This document shows, piece after piece, positions 21,613 to 33,372 of a stretch of 64,000 bases of DNA; within the stretch, counting starts at the first letter, position 1, and each line of letters starts with the position of its first letter. Source of the stretch: Neophaeotheca triangularis (taxonomy: Eukaryota); NCBI GenBank assembly GCA_054600435.1, contig BAAIJX010000026.1, forward strand, positions 124,001 through 188,000, in the 5' to 3' direction. The translations under genes and the position numbers were made by a program. The notes beneath the pieces were generated by a model, which saw nothing but the letters and a program-made list of their open reading frames with translations, ran no database searches and had not been told where the DNA came from.

Positions 21613-24600
21613 ATGGCCGACCGTTACCACAACCGCGCCACCGCAGGCAAACGACAGCCTCTGAGCGACGTGGCAAACCGAGCTAACACCCCTCCCGTGC
21701 CCTCACGCCAGCAGCGAGCGAAAAAGGCAGCTTCACACTCTCCCGCTGGTCTGCCGCACAACGAAAGCCTTGAAGGCGACGGCTCGCTACACGTGCGCTC
21801 CAGCGCCAACAACTCTCCGGAAAACAAGCGCCTCTCCAACGTTATGAACGGGAATGAACGCGACAACAAGCGGCTTTCTGCCATCTCCACCACATCTACC
21901 AATGCATCGTCTACCACCCGAAGAAGAAAGACTTTCATCGGACCTTGGCATCTGGGCCAGACCATCGGCAAGGGAGGCTGCTCTCGGGTTCGTGCGGTCA
22001 GACACAAGTACACGGGACAACATGGCGCGGTCAAGATCATCGCTCGCGCCATGGCTGAGAGCACGCGCGCTCAGAGTCTGATCAACCTCATCAAGAGCGG
22101 GGAGGGCACCGGTGTGGCTCATAGTAATGGTGGCAAGCCCATACCTTTTGGTCTGGAGCGCGAGATTGCACTCATGAAGTTGCTGGAGCATCCCAACATT
22201 GTGCGACTGTTCGACGTCTGGGAAAACAGAAACGAGCTGTAAGTACACTTCTCAGCCTCGGATACAATGATACGCTTACTGATATTGCTTGCAGGTATTT
22301 GATCATGGAGTATGTACACGGTGGAGAGCTTTTCCATTACGTCGAGTCAAGGCGAGGCCTACACGAAGACGAGACCATCTTCATCTTCCGCCAAATCATC
22401 TCAGCTTTGCTCTACTGCCACCGCTTGAAAATCTGTCACCGCGACCTCAAGCCCGAAAACATTCTTTTGGACCAAGATACTTTGCAGGTCAAGCTCATCG
22501 ACTTTGGCATGGCCGCTCTACAACCAGAAGGCCGTCTTCTCAGCACGCCTTGCGGAAGCCCTCATTATGCTGCGCCGGAGGTTGTGAGCAGCAAGCCCTA
22601 CGACGGCACCCAAGCCGACGTCTGGAGTTGCGGTGTTATATTATACGTCATGCTTACCGGCACCACCCCCTTCAACTACTCTCCAGATGGCGATATCCGC
22701 TTCTTGTTCCACGACATCTCCAAAGCCAAGTACTACATGCCGCCCGAACTCTCTTACGAAGCGAGAGACCTGATCCGTCGAATTTTTGTTCCTGACCCCA
22801 AGCGCCGCATTACCATGGACGGCGTGTGGGATCATGCGTTGATGCACAAGTTCGACAAGAAGTTCCATTTCGAAGGACCTGACGGTAGCAAAGCCGCTGC
22901 CATTGGGCCTGTGCCTACCATTCAAGACTGGACCGTCAAGCGTATTCAGGACATCGACCGAGAGATCCTCCACAACATGCGCACCCTTTGGCACAGTGAG
23001 ACGGAGCAGAAATTGATTAGAAAGTTGCTTAGCAATGACTACAATCAAGAAAAGATCTTTTATGCTGCTCTCACCAAGGACCGTGATGAACATTTGGAGA
23101 ACTATGCCGGCAATGCGGAAGAGATGGGATACTCTGCAAGCGACTACCACCACAGCAAAGCCCCAGACGGAACCGAAGCGCCTCCGATGCCGGGACAAAA
23201 GCAGCAGCGATCGCAGTCACAGTACTCCATTATGAACGACGAGCACCTCAAAGCGAGCCATAGTTTTGTCGAGCCTCCACCTTCTGTCAGCAGTTACGAT
23301 CCATACCGCGCTTCCAGAGACCCCATCGTCAACGCAAGAGGCGAGTACGTCAATGTCACGGTCCACAGGGGCAGCAGCAGTGGCACCCGGCGTTCAAGCG
23401 CTCAGCGGCATGCTCGCCAGCCCAACGCCCTTCGCGTCGAAGCCCTGAAGCATGGTAGTCGGCGGACATCAAACAAGTCGAGCTCCAGCCTGGCGCGGTC
23501 TAGGAGAAGCCGTAGCTCGATGCAGCGTTCGTCGGTTTCTCGTCATTCGATGACAAGTACGGCATTGCCTAGCAGCCCGCCTGTCATTGCATCAATGAAG
23601 CCCAGCGAAGTCCACAAGCGCGGCGTTAGCTTCGGTCATCTGCGAAGGACATCCACGACAAGCGCCCTGACTGGGACTGATTCAACTAGGACCCCTGCAC
23701 CTGAGACGCCGCAACTAACAGAAGCAACCAAAGCACGACATGCCTTACCTCCTCGTCATGCAAACCAGACTCAGGAGAGCAGTCCAGCCACTCAAGCAGC
23801 TCAAGCGGTCCGTTCCCGAAAGGAGAAATCATCTGTTTTCGAGACACCTCGAATCAAAGCTCGTCGTCCCAACGATCCATGCCAGCATATCAAGAGTGAA
23901 GTCAGAAAGCACAGCGCCGAGCTGGAAAAGGCATGCGAGGAGGCTTTCTTCAGGAGCTCAATGGGATCGAGCACCACGGCGCGGTCGTCACTCACGGAAG
24001 CCAAAGCAAGCCCATACGATACGCCACCATCGGAAGCATCGATACGACCAGCCTCTGCCACACCAGACATTCCGCAGCGCAAGCTCCCACCACGCCCTTT
24101 GCCAGATCTTCCGAGAGACACACCTAACACGTACCTGACTCGTACTCTGGAAGAGACCCGCGAAAAGCTCGCCGCCTACCGGGGAGAAGAAGGTAACGCG
24201 GACAACTCGGCCAAATTTGACGAGGTCATGAGCATGCTCGAGCGCATTATGCCTGGCGCCTCGCAGGCTATGAGGCAGCAGACGGAGATGCGCGCAAGCT
24301 CGGCGCCAGAGACTAAAACTCCTGACCACCTTGGACCATTCATGCCGGTTATTAGCGAGGAGGCCGAGAAGCGCAACAGCAGAGATAGCATGGGTAACTG
24401 GCAACGATCCGTCACCGCACCTGTGCAAAAAGACGGCCGGGTCGACGACAAGACGATCCGTGTTGTGCCGGCATCTCCATCTGGTACTGTGGCACCTTTG
24501 AACGTCCGCAAGCGTAGCAACGGCAACGAAGCCAGTGATGAGCCGCACGCTCAATTGCGTGTCAAAACATCTCGAGAGCGACTGCAGAAGAAGCAAAGCA

Positions 24601-25547
24601 TGGAGCCGACCAACGGACTTTCGTCTATTCGCGAAGATGCGCCTGAGCCGGAGACTCCAGTCGTGCGCAAGAAGAAGTCTGGCTGGTTTGGTCTTTCCAA
24701 GAAGAGCGTCGTTGAGCACGAGCCCAGGCAGGATGCTAGATCTGTTATTCCATCTCCCCGTGTGCCATGGAACGATGCGGACGACCGTGGTACGACACCA
24801 GAGCCCGGCGCATTCGCGAAGAAGACGGAAAAGGAGCTTCCACACGAGCCACCTTTCTCAGCAACCAGTAGCGAGTTCCCAGCGCGTGTAAAGAAGGAGA
24901 CTGCGGGTAAAAAGGGCTTTTCCAAGTGGCTGGGCAAGGTCAAGGGTGATCGCAAGGTCGAAGACAAGAGCCAAATCGGCGGTGAGTCGTCAAACACCCC
25001 CCTCTACATCATGCCTGATCCTAACACACTCACCTTAGGCGACACAACCCTCATGTCCAACTCCGCCACCTCTCTGTTTTCCCGCGGCTCCCCCAGTCCC
25101 TCCGCGGAAGACATTGGCACACCCTCATCCAACCCAACTCGCTCCTGGTTCGCCCGCTTCCTCCACCTCAAACCAATCACGCACAACATCTGCTTCGCTA
25201 TCCCCCGCGCCCGCGCCCGCGCGGAGCTCGTCCTCCTACTAAAAGAATGGCAACGCCACGGCATCCGCGACTTGCAATTCAGCCGCGCCGCAAACACCAT
25301 TACGGCGCGCGTTGACCGCCAGAACTCTCTCGATATCAAACCTGTGAGCTTCCGCATTGAGCTTTTCGTCGTGCTCGAGCATGGTCAGAGGGTCGGGTTG
25401 GCGATTGCGCGGTTCGTGCAGGTGAAAGGCGCGGCTAGTGGGTTTCGCCGGGTTATTGAGGTTGTGGATGGGGTCATGAGGGAGAGGGGGTGGTTGGTTG
25501 AAGATGAGGAGAAGTGGAGGGCGCTTTGTGAGGTTGTTGGAGGTTGA
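21613..25547 (+). CDS. Nim1-related Ser/Thr kinase (Gin4/Hsl1/Cdr2 family) with C-terminal fungal KA1 domain
   Basis: Exons 21613-22238, 22295-24981 and 25039-25547. Motifs IGPWHLGQTIGKGG, IPFGLEREI, HRDLKPEN, DFG and CGSPHYAAPE; C-terminal RSWFARFLHLKP...VKGAASGF. Confidence 0.9.
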
Positions 25548-26092
25548 AGAGGATATAACAGAGGGGGGTCCGACGAATGGCCTGGTTGGGAAGATGGTGA
25601 AGAGTGGTGGCTTGGCTGAAGCATGCTTCCTCGATGCATTTTCAAGTGCTTCATTTGGACATGCTCGGCCTACCTGGATGATTTGCAATGGGTGGTGCTG
25701 CTTCATTTCGTTTTTCTCCGCGGCAAACGGGGTAAAGAGATCTCTCTCTCTCCACCCTGCTGGACTTTTTCCCTTCCTTTCAAAAGAGGCATAGGGATGG
25801 CGTTCGTCTCCCCGAATGGGAGGAGATGGGCGTCATACTGGCGTTTTTGCATTACAACAAACGAGGGGCTCGGGGAGTTTTTGACGGAAATCCTCCATCG
25901 GCACTCTTTAGATCCAAAACCACCCCGGATCTTTGTCTACAAACCGAGGAGGTCTAGTGAAGATGGAGGCTACCCGGCAAAAGCTTTAATTGGGAGGGGA
26001 AAGCCGGGGGGGGGCCTATACAGAGCGTACTTGTCGCGGGCAAGCACGCACGCACTCACGTCCGCGTCGGTTCGAGTCGGTTTCAAGAGTAA

Positions 26093-26113
26093 TAGTAGTA
26101 GTAGTAGTAGTAA
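26093..26113. repeat. (TAG)6 microsatellite in a convergent 3' intergenic region
   Basis: Directly visible: tagtagtagtagtagtagtaa. Confidence 0.8.
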
Positions 26114-26712
26114 TATGGAGGTAGATTCTTGTCTGTTCTGTCCATCTGGTCTATCCGTCTAATTTGATCGAATGTTGATTTTTTTTTTCCCACTTCGTCG
26201 TCGTCGACTTCCTTTCCACCGGCTATAGGTGGTGGGCGTCCGCCCTGTTGTGTCGGTAGAGTCGAGTCCATTTGACCCGCACGCGAAGCACTCAAGAGGG
26301 GATGGGGGGTGGAGAAGAGTTGAGATGCATCAAAACACGATTTAGCTTTTGTTCTTTGTTCTTCATTTGCCAAGGAGATGTGATATATTTACTCCGTTCC
26401 CCTCCCAACCTCGCAAAACTCCCAGCAGTGACAGTCGTAGCTACATACAAATGATATTGATTCATCAAGAAGGAAAAGATGAGGGTTATAAGGGTGCTTT
26501 TCGTTCATGCCGTGTCTTGTGTGTGTTCCGTCCCTGTCCTTCACGAGCTCCCAGCGCCCTCGATGATTGATCAAGAGGGGGAAAAGGTGCTAGCGATTAT
26601 GCTAGCAATCGTGCAACCATCCATTGAAGCCAGTTCGGAAAGAAAAGTAGAGAACGCATTTGTCCTCGCCGTCCTCGTGGGAGTGTCGAGTTATCATTCG
26701 TTCTCCGTCAGT

Positions 26713-28235
26713 CTAGTAGAAATTACCCCCAGGCACCGCGCAAAAGATCGCCACGGCAATTGCCGACAATACAAAAGCTCCCAGAAGCGATTGCACAAAG
26801 ATGGTATCCTGAATTTGGCGCAACGCGGGTTCTTGGATCCAGACCTCGCGGTCGAAAACTTTGCGCACGACGTTGCGCTTCTTGTACCTCGCGATCCACG
26901 GCTCGTCCTCGTAGGAATTTGTCGAAACAGAGTTCAGAGATTCTTGGCTGAGGCCGCCCTTTTCGCTGACGACGTCGTCGGGTTCTTCGCTGAAGAGTTC
27001 CCACGGCCGCATGTGGCGGTGGTGCATGCCGTGAAGGACGACGCACATGCCTTTCCAGGCGGCGATGAGAGTTGCGATGCCGATGAACCAGCCGATGAAG
27101 GGAATGGCGCGGTAGCCGCGGTTGGCGGAACTGAGGGTGAGGAGGAGGTCGGCAACGAGGGCGAGCAGGATGGTGGAGATGCCGAGACCGCGGGCGAAGA
27201 TGACGCGAGGACGGTTGCCGTTGCAAATGGTCCAGCGGATGAAGTTGGGGTGCGCTTGGCGACGTAGGGAATATTCGACTGTGCTGGCGGCGCTGCGGAA
27301 GGCAGAGGGGTGGGTGGTGTTTTGGAGCGCGTGGAGTACGGCTTGCCTTTGGCGGCCCGAGAGGTTGAGTTCGCGTGGGCTGTCCTCGGCTAGGTAGGTG
27401 GTGATTATGCGGGCGACTTCATCACGGTAGGGCTGGGTGGTGACTGAGGTGTGGTCGTTAGTGGGTGCAAATGGGGATGTAGGGGATAGCCACGTAGGGC
27501 TAGATAAATATGTAGTGCATACAGGGTTTCCATGTCATACCGGCGTCGTCAAAGACTTGGTCGGCGGCCTTTTTGTGGGCCAAGCTGCTTGAGAGAGTGT
27601 TGTCGCCGGCAGAGGAACCGTAGGCTGCGGAAGATCCGTAGTCGGAGGAAGCGACACGTCGGTCCATGTCTTCCAGGGAAGGGGTTTTGGACGGATCGTG
27701 GAAGGGATTGGTCTTGTCTCCTGGGCTTCCTCGATGGCCGGGCTCGGCAAAATCGGTCCCCTTGAGTGCTTTTGCGGCGTCGTGGTTGACAGTCCTTGAT
27801 TGTCTTTGCTGGGAGTTGGACGAGTCTGCCTCGGCTTGTTCACGGGTCCATTCGGGAGACAAAACACGCTCGCTCCGAGGGAGCTGTTCCCAACGAGAGC
27901 AGTAGTCTCGATACCAGAGGAAGAATTGCAAGTTCTCGGCAGAGTGCTCAATGTATTTGAGATAGTTCATGAAATCACGGATAGTGCATGGCTGGGAGTG
28001 TGAGAGTGAGCATTGGCTGGTGGAAGTGATTGATGGTCGGTATGGCAGGACTCACGGGACAGACGCCACCGGCGATGATGCGATCAAAAGAAAGAGCGTC
28101 CGGGATACCATGGCTCATGGAAGAGCTGCCAGAGACGATTGACTCATTGATGGAGGGTTGCTTCTCATTGCCATTGAGGGATTCACGGGAGCCTGGGACG
28201 TGAGCGGGACGTCGATAGGCGAGACCGTAAACCAT
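26713..28235 (-). CDS. RGS-domain protein with C-terminal transmembrane helices
   Basis: Exons 28235-28056, 27991-27523 and 27443-26713. RGS motifs FMNYLKYIEHSAENLQFFLW and YLAEDSPRELNLS, followed by hydrophobic segments (GLGISTILLALVADLLLTL; IPFIGWFIGIATLIAAW; SLLGAFVLSAIAVAIFCAVP). Confidence 0.85.
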
Positions 28236-30643
28236 GATGGGGCGGGGTTGGGCAGAGGCGTAGTTGGAGTTGTTGGTGGGGTGTGTGTGGTGGTGGTGGT
28301 GATGATTGTAGTTACAGCACGTGAGAAGGTGGGCAGGTGGGCAGGTGAGGTTGAAAGAGAGTGCGTTGTGCGGTTTCAAGTGAGAGTAGCGTGAGATCAA
28401 AAGAGGACGGACGAGTGATGAGTGAGCAAGTCGAGGTGGATAAGTTGCAAGGTTAGGTATTAGTGGGTGGGTGGGTTGAGAAGAGAAGAAAGTGGGTTGT
28501 GGGTGCGGAGGGTGATGATGGGATCTGGCCAACCAAGCAAATAAAGTTTGTGAAAAGGCAGGTAGGCAGGCAAAGAGAGTAGTAGTGGAGAGTGCAAACA
28601 CGGGTACCTTAGCCAGGTGTTACTAAGGTTAGCTTTAGATGTAGCCAAGGTACAAATTATTTTATTTTTTATTATTATTATATCAAGTGCCTTGGTGGAA
28701 TACTAGTAAAGACCAAAGTAACTAGTAGACTGAGAGGTGTATTTGGAACGGACGCGGTCAAGGTTTACATGCGGGCCCTCCCTCTTCACTCGTATTGGGC
28801 AACGACGCCGCGTGGACGCGTGGTAGAGGTACAGTAGCAGTAGTGGAGGCCGGTACTAACACTAATAAAAGTGATTAATTGGGCAAGTGCCGTCGGATCT
28901 CGCTCCTCCCTCCATCCAGCACAGCTACACTTGCTACAGTACTAGTACCTACCGATTGGCTCAGAGTTTGAGTTTGATTGCGACAGTGGACTCGAAAGAC
29001 TAGACTCGACTAGACTACTACCTTATCTAAGGCAGCTACTGGAGGGTGTGAAGATTCAACGGTCTTTGGTCTTTGGCACCTATAATAATAATAATGATAA
29101 TCCACCCTATTTAGAATACCTTTAAGCCAATAGGTAGTAGTCACCGTGTAAAATCAACCCCGGCCATGCGACTGCTGCATCTGCATCTTCACTACTAACT
29201 TTAATGCCTGCTCACTCCTTCGCTACCCATGCAGCCGATCGTCCCGCCAAGCATATATAGGTAGGTAACGATCGCCCTCACATGGGATCATGGCACGCAT
29301 ATGCCATGCTACGCTACTGCCACCATCGAACCTGAATTGTTGAGGTCAGCCACCTAGGCACTAATAGGGAAGTCATGGCCAAACGAGGGCTCTACAAAGA
29401 ACTTCCATCACCTACCTTAGCACTTGACATCGTCTTCACATAGCCGCGTCTGGCCTCGGTACCAGGTGGTTCAGAATAACACTCAAGTCACGTACTTTAT
29501 TAGGTACTGCCCGATTCGCAAATCGCAATCATAGCCCTGCGACTGCGATTACCGGAAGAGGCTCCAGTGTGTTGGTACTAGTAGACTCTACAAGTGGCAA
29601 CGCAAATCTCCATCAATAATCTTCCAAGCTGCCAATGGGAGTCAATCCCCAGACATGGACTCGGCACTACTACTACTTTGTCAAATCATCACAAAAGGAT
29701 GCGTCTTTCTGCATGCATGTCATGTAGAAAGACCCATCAGTGGTTTTTTTTTTGTCAGTCGTCGTCTCTTTTCCAAGCGAGATGCCAAGCTTTTACCATT
29801 CTTGTGGCGTCGTCGATCTTTTCCAGACTCGACGTCCCGAGCGAGCTTTCAAGGTTGACAACCGATCGGGAAGAAACCCTGCCTGCCCGCTGGGTGTCGA
29901 CCGAATATCTACGAGCCGCAGCGACCGAAAGACAAACTTGCTTCCTCAGTCTCTACCTACCTGGCTGGATGGCTGTGAATGTGACGCGACTAGAAGGCGG
30001 CACGATTCCTACCTTACCTACCTTACCTTATCCTATCCTTTGGCGATTCTCGGAAAATACCCGTCCCGGCAGTTTAGTATCAACAGCGGCGGGCGACGAT
30101 CTCTCCTCACCACACGGCACGATGCCTACTACTGCTGTACTTCAATGCTGATGTCTATACAAGAAGTAGGCTAGCAACCGTTCAGCCAGCCACGAGCATG
30201 TGATGAAGGGAGGGATTCGTATCACCTATCAGAATAATAGTCGGTTACTGCTTTCTAACAGTCTCGCGGCTCAAGTATTTGCTGTATAGACAGTTCGTGT
30301 AGACACGCTGTAGTTACTACCACCTACCATCACCGCCGCTAGGGGTTATCTAGTATCCCTCTTTGAAGATGACTGTCGACGGTAAGGCTACCACTATGCT
30401 GCCACTATGCTAATATCACACGCACCACCAGCTTGCGCTTTAGATGAGTACTACAGTAGACGTAAGTGAGGTGAGACCGGACTGTACAGTACATGGACTG
30501 CTCCTACTACTGCCTGATGCACACCACGCCAAGACCTCGCTTATCTTCGCTATGAAATCTCGAATCTCATCCAGCACTACTGCCTGCACTGGGCTTTCCT
30601 CGAACATCAACCAATCAACTGCCACGCCACACCCTCCTTCACC

Positions 30644-32500
30644 ATGTCCTCGGACGATACCCTAAACACGCCTAATGCGACCGACTCTACCACAGACGTC
30701 GAGATACCGCCTTTCAAGACTGAGGACTTGTCCAAATCGCCACCTGCCTTCCACCTGCCAGATCAAGTCTGGTTGACTGCACTCTCGTCGACATGTTCCT
30801 TCAAAGCCGACGTCTTCGAGGATATCATGCTCAACTTGATCAAGAACCCAAACATCACTTCTAGTCACCTCTTCCGCGCCGATATCCTGTATGACAGCGA
30901 CCATGACAGCGGCCTGCCGAGAACGTCAGATTCACCTTCTTCACACGCTCTTGTAGACTCTCTCAAGCCGGAATACCGTCCCGCCAACGTCGATGCTCCG
31001 GGCTACACAACCCAGCGAGCCATTGTCCGACAGCTCATACCCAGAAACCCTCAGCTCGATGATCCGCTCGTTCAGACATGCCTCTTCCTCACCAAGCATG
31101 AAAACGGAGAGTCAACGACCGTCGTCGTGTACATCCCTCATGTACAAGACCCGCAAGCAATCCCATTCTACCATCCACAAGTCTCCAGGCTAGCATTCAC
31201 TCACCGATGGCGAATTCTAGCACACGATGACATTCCAAAAGGCACGATTGCCGTTTCTTACAATCTGTTTTCTGGCCACCAACTCAACACAAAGCTTCAG
31301 CGAACGGCTCTTCGCCTTTTGGAAACTTTACACAAGCACGGCCATGGTCGGCTTCAAGGCTACGAGAAGCGGGTTCACCACGACCAGATCATCGGTCAGA
31401 AACGGTACCAGGATACATACACCCGGCTCAAGACGAGGTATGCTAAGCAATTAGCGGACGAATGGGTCGAAGTGACTGATCCTGGCAAGCATGTATTTGA
31501 GGATCTGGGTATTGCTGCATTTCTGATCGAGATGTGGCACGACATGTACGATTGTTCATCATCAGACGACAATGCCACTCCACCACAAGAAGACAAGCAA
31601 CGATTTCCAGGCTTCGTCGATATCGGCTGCGGCAACGGGGTCCTCTCTCACATCCTCATGTCCGAAGGATTCCAAGGCTCCGGCTTCGACGCCAGACAGC
31701 GCAAGACGTGGGACATATTCCCAGCAGAAATTCAATCCAACCTCGAAGCCAAGCTACTGGTCCCCGAGATCTTCTGCTCCAAGGAAGAAAAAGAAGACGG
31801 CTGGCTCGGAGGCATTTTCCCACAGGGCACCTTCATCATTTCCAACCACGCCGACGAACTCACCGCCTGGACGCCTCTCCTCGCCTATCTAAACAAATCC
31901 CCCTTCATCGCCATCCCCTGCTGCAGCCACGACCTCGCCGGCGCCAGGTTCCGAGCACCCGAACACACCAAAGCGGCAAAACAAGCCCAGCGGACCCCCG
32001 AACCCAGACTCCCACAACAGCAGCAACCCGACCCCGCCAGCGAGTCCGAGCTACCATCCGCTCCGGCCGCTGGCGATATCAACAACACCACCGCTACCAC
32101 TCCGCCCGCAAAAAAGCCTTCTTCGCAAGCCGCTGAAACGGGCTCTCTCAAGAAATCGCTCGCGCAAAAGAAAGTGGCTTCGGCATACTCGACGCTCTGC
32201 TCCTATGTCAGCAGCCTGGCGGAAGAAGTCGGCTTTGTGCCCGAGAGGGAGATTTTGCGCATCCCCAGTACGCGTAATACGTGTATCATCGGGAGGAAGC
32301 GGGCGATTTTAGAGGACTCTGGTGGTGAGGGTGAGGGTCGCGGTGGGGGCTGTGGGCATGATGAGGTTGGTTTGGAGGCACGCTCGTCTTTGGTCGGAGA
32401 GCTTGTGGAGCGCGAGTTGGGTAAGTCTGTTGATTGCGTGGGGCGGGAGTGGATTGAGAGGGCGAGGAAGCTTGCCAAGAAGCCGGGCAGTGGGCATTGA
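30644..32500 (+). CDS. TRM44: tRNA(Ser) Um44 2'-O-methyltransferase
   Basis: 618-aa ORF with NPNITSSHLFRADIL, GYEKRVHHDQ, WVEVTDPGKHVFEDLGIAAFL, FVDIGCGNG, IISNHADELT and LRIPSTRN. Confidence 0.93.
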   Translation: MSSDDTLNTPNATDSTTDVEIPPFKTEDLSKSPPAFHLPDQVWLTALSSTCSFKADVFEDIMLNLIKNPNITSSHLFRADILYDSDHDSGLPRTSDSPSSHALVDSLKPEYRPANVDAPGYTTQRAIVRQLIPRNPQLDDPLVQTCLFLTKHENGESTTVVVYIPHVQDPQAIPFYHPQVSRLAFTHRWRILAHDDIPKGTIAVSYNLFSGHQLNTKLQRTALRLLETLHKHGHGRLQGYEKRVHHDQIIGQKRYQDTYTRLKTRYAKQLADEWVEVTDPGKHVFEDLGIAAFLIEMWHDMYDCSSSDDNATPPQEDKQRFPGFVDIGCGNGVLSHILMSEGFQGSGFDARQRKTWDIFPAEIQSNLEAKLLVPEIFCSKEEKEDGWLGGIFPQGTFIISNHADELTAWTPLLAYLNKSPFIAIPCCSHDLAGARFRAPEHTKAAKQAQRTPEPRLPQQQQPDPASESELPSAPAAGDINNTTATTPPAKKPSSQAAETGSLKKSLAQKKVASAYSTLCSYVSSLAEEVGFVPEREILRIPSTRNTCIIGRKRAILEDSGGEGEGRGGGCGHDEVGLEARSSLVGELVERELGKSVDCVGREWIERARKLAKKPGSGH

Positions 32501-33372
32501 GATTTTGAAAGGGAGAAGGGGGGGGGGAGAGGGCAAGAGGTGGTGGTAGACTGAGGAAGGGCTGCAGATGGGTGTGGATTATGAGAGCTGAAATCAGATT
32601 CCGATGCGGCTTTCTCGTCTGCATTGATCTGCAAAGAATACCATACAGCAATCGAACCCAGAGCGCACAGTGCTTGGCCGCGCGATAATTTCCACATAGA
32701 TCCCACCCATCACCGTTTCAGACTCTCGAGATTCCTCAGATAATGTGCCTCGGAATTTTCCGAGAAAATTATTTCCCCCTGATTCTATCCATCCGTGCCC
32801 CAACCAACCAACCCCCGGACTCCAAACCAACTCCCCCTCCCTCTCTCTCGTTCATCACCAACCCCCTCTCGGCGGTAAGCGACAGTTCCCATGCTTCCCC
32901 CGCCCCCTCCATTCTCCAGACGGAGCACGATACGCGCCCCTCCCAAGGACGAGAGAGGACCGTGCAAAAAGATGCGCGCGTGCGATCTTCAGCCAGCCTT
33001 GCCCTTTTCAAAAAGGAGGGGGAATTCGTGGTAGCTCGAGCCAATGTCCAGACCGTAGGGCGCTGGGCCTTGCTTTCCCAAGGCTTGGGGGGCTGAAGTT
33101 TGCGGGAAAGCGCGTCAAGGCGTTGGTGGTGGTGGTTTTTGTTGCTTGGTTTGAAGCGAGCGCGCTGCGCCCGGTGAGGCGAGCCGTGGAGCCCGTTGGA
33201 TGTCCTCGACTTCGGGGGGACGAGTGGGTCTCTTGTCTGTCTGTCTCTTGTGGATGTGGCTCGCTGCTGGTCGAGAGCGGTCGTTGAGCTTTGTTTCGCG
33301 CCGACCTCCCACCCACCTCTTTTGCTAGCTACACTGAAGACCGGACCGGGCAGGAGAAAGAATCAAAACGGT

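Noticed and set aside
26061..26084. GGTTCGAGTC B-box/T-loop-like motif suggesting a tRNA
   Set aside because: The flanks do not form a T-stem, acceptor stem or D-arm, so there is no cloverleaf.
15692..27267. Long antisense ORFs (e.g. 15692-16480, 19128-20108, 23988-24845, 26479-27267)
   Set aside because: They lie opposite well-supported genes, have no recognisable motifs and are expected shadows of GC-rich codon usage.
28600..30450. TA-rich, simple-repeat-laden intergenic region as a RIP-mutated transposon relic
   Set aside because: No terminal repeats or transposase-like text, and the overall composition is not strongly AT-shifted. It is better explained as a long divergent promoter.
30444..30665. 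Out-of-frame upstream ORF overlapping the TRM44 start
   Set aside because: Its ATGs may lie upstream of the transcription start, so it cannot be supported without TSS data.
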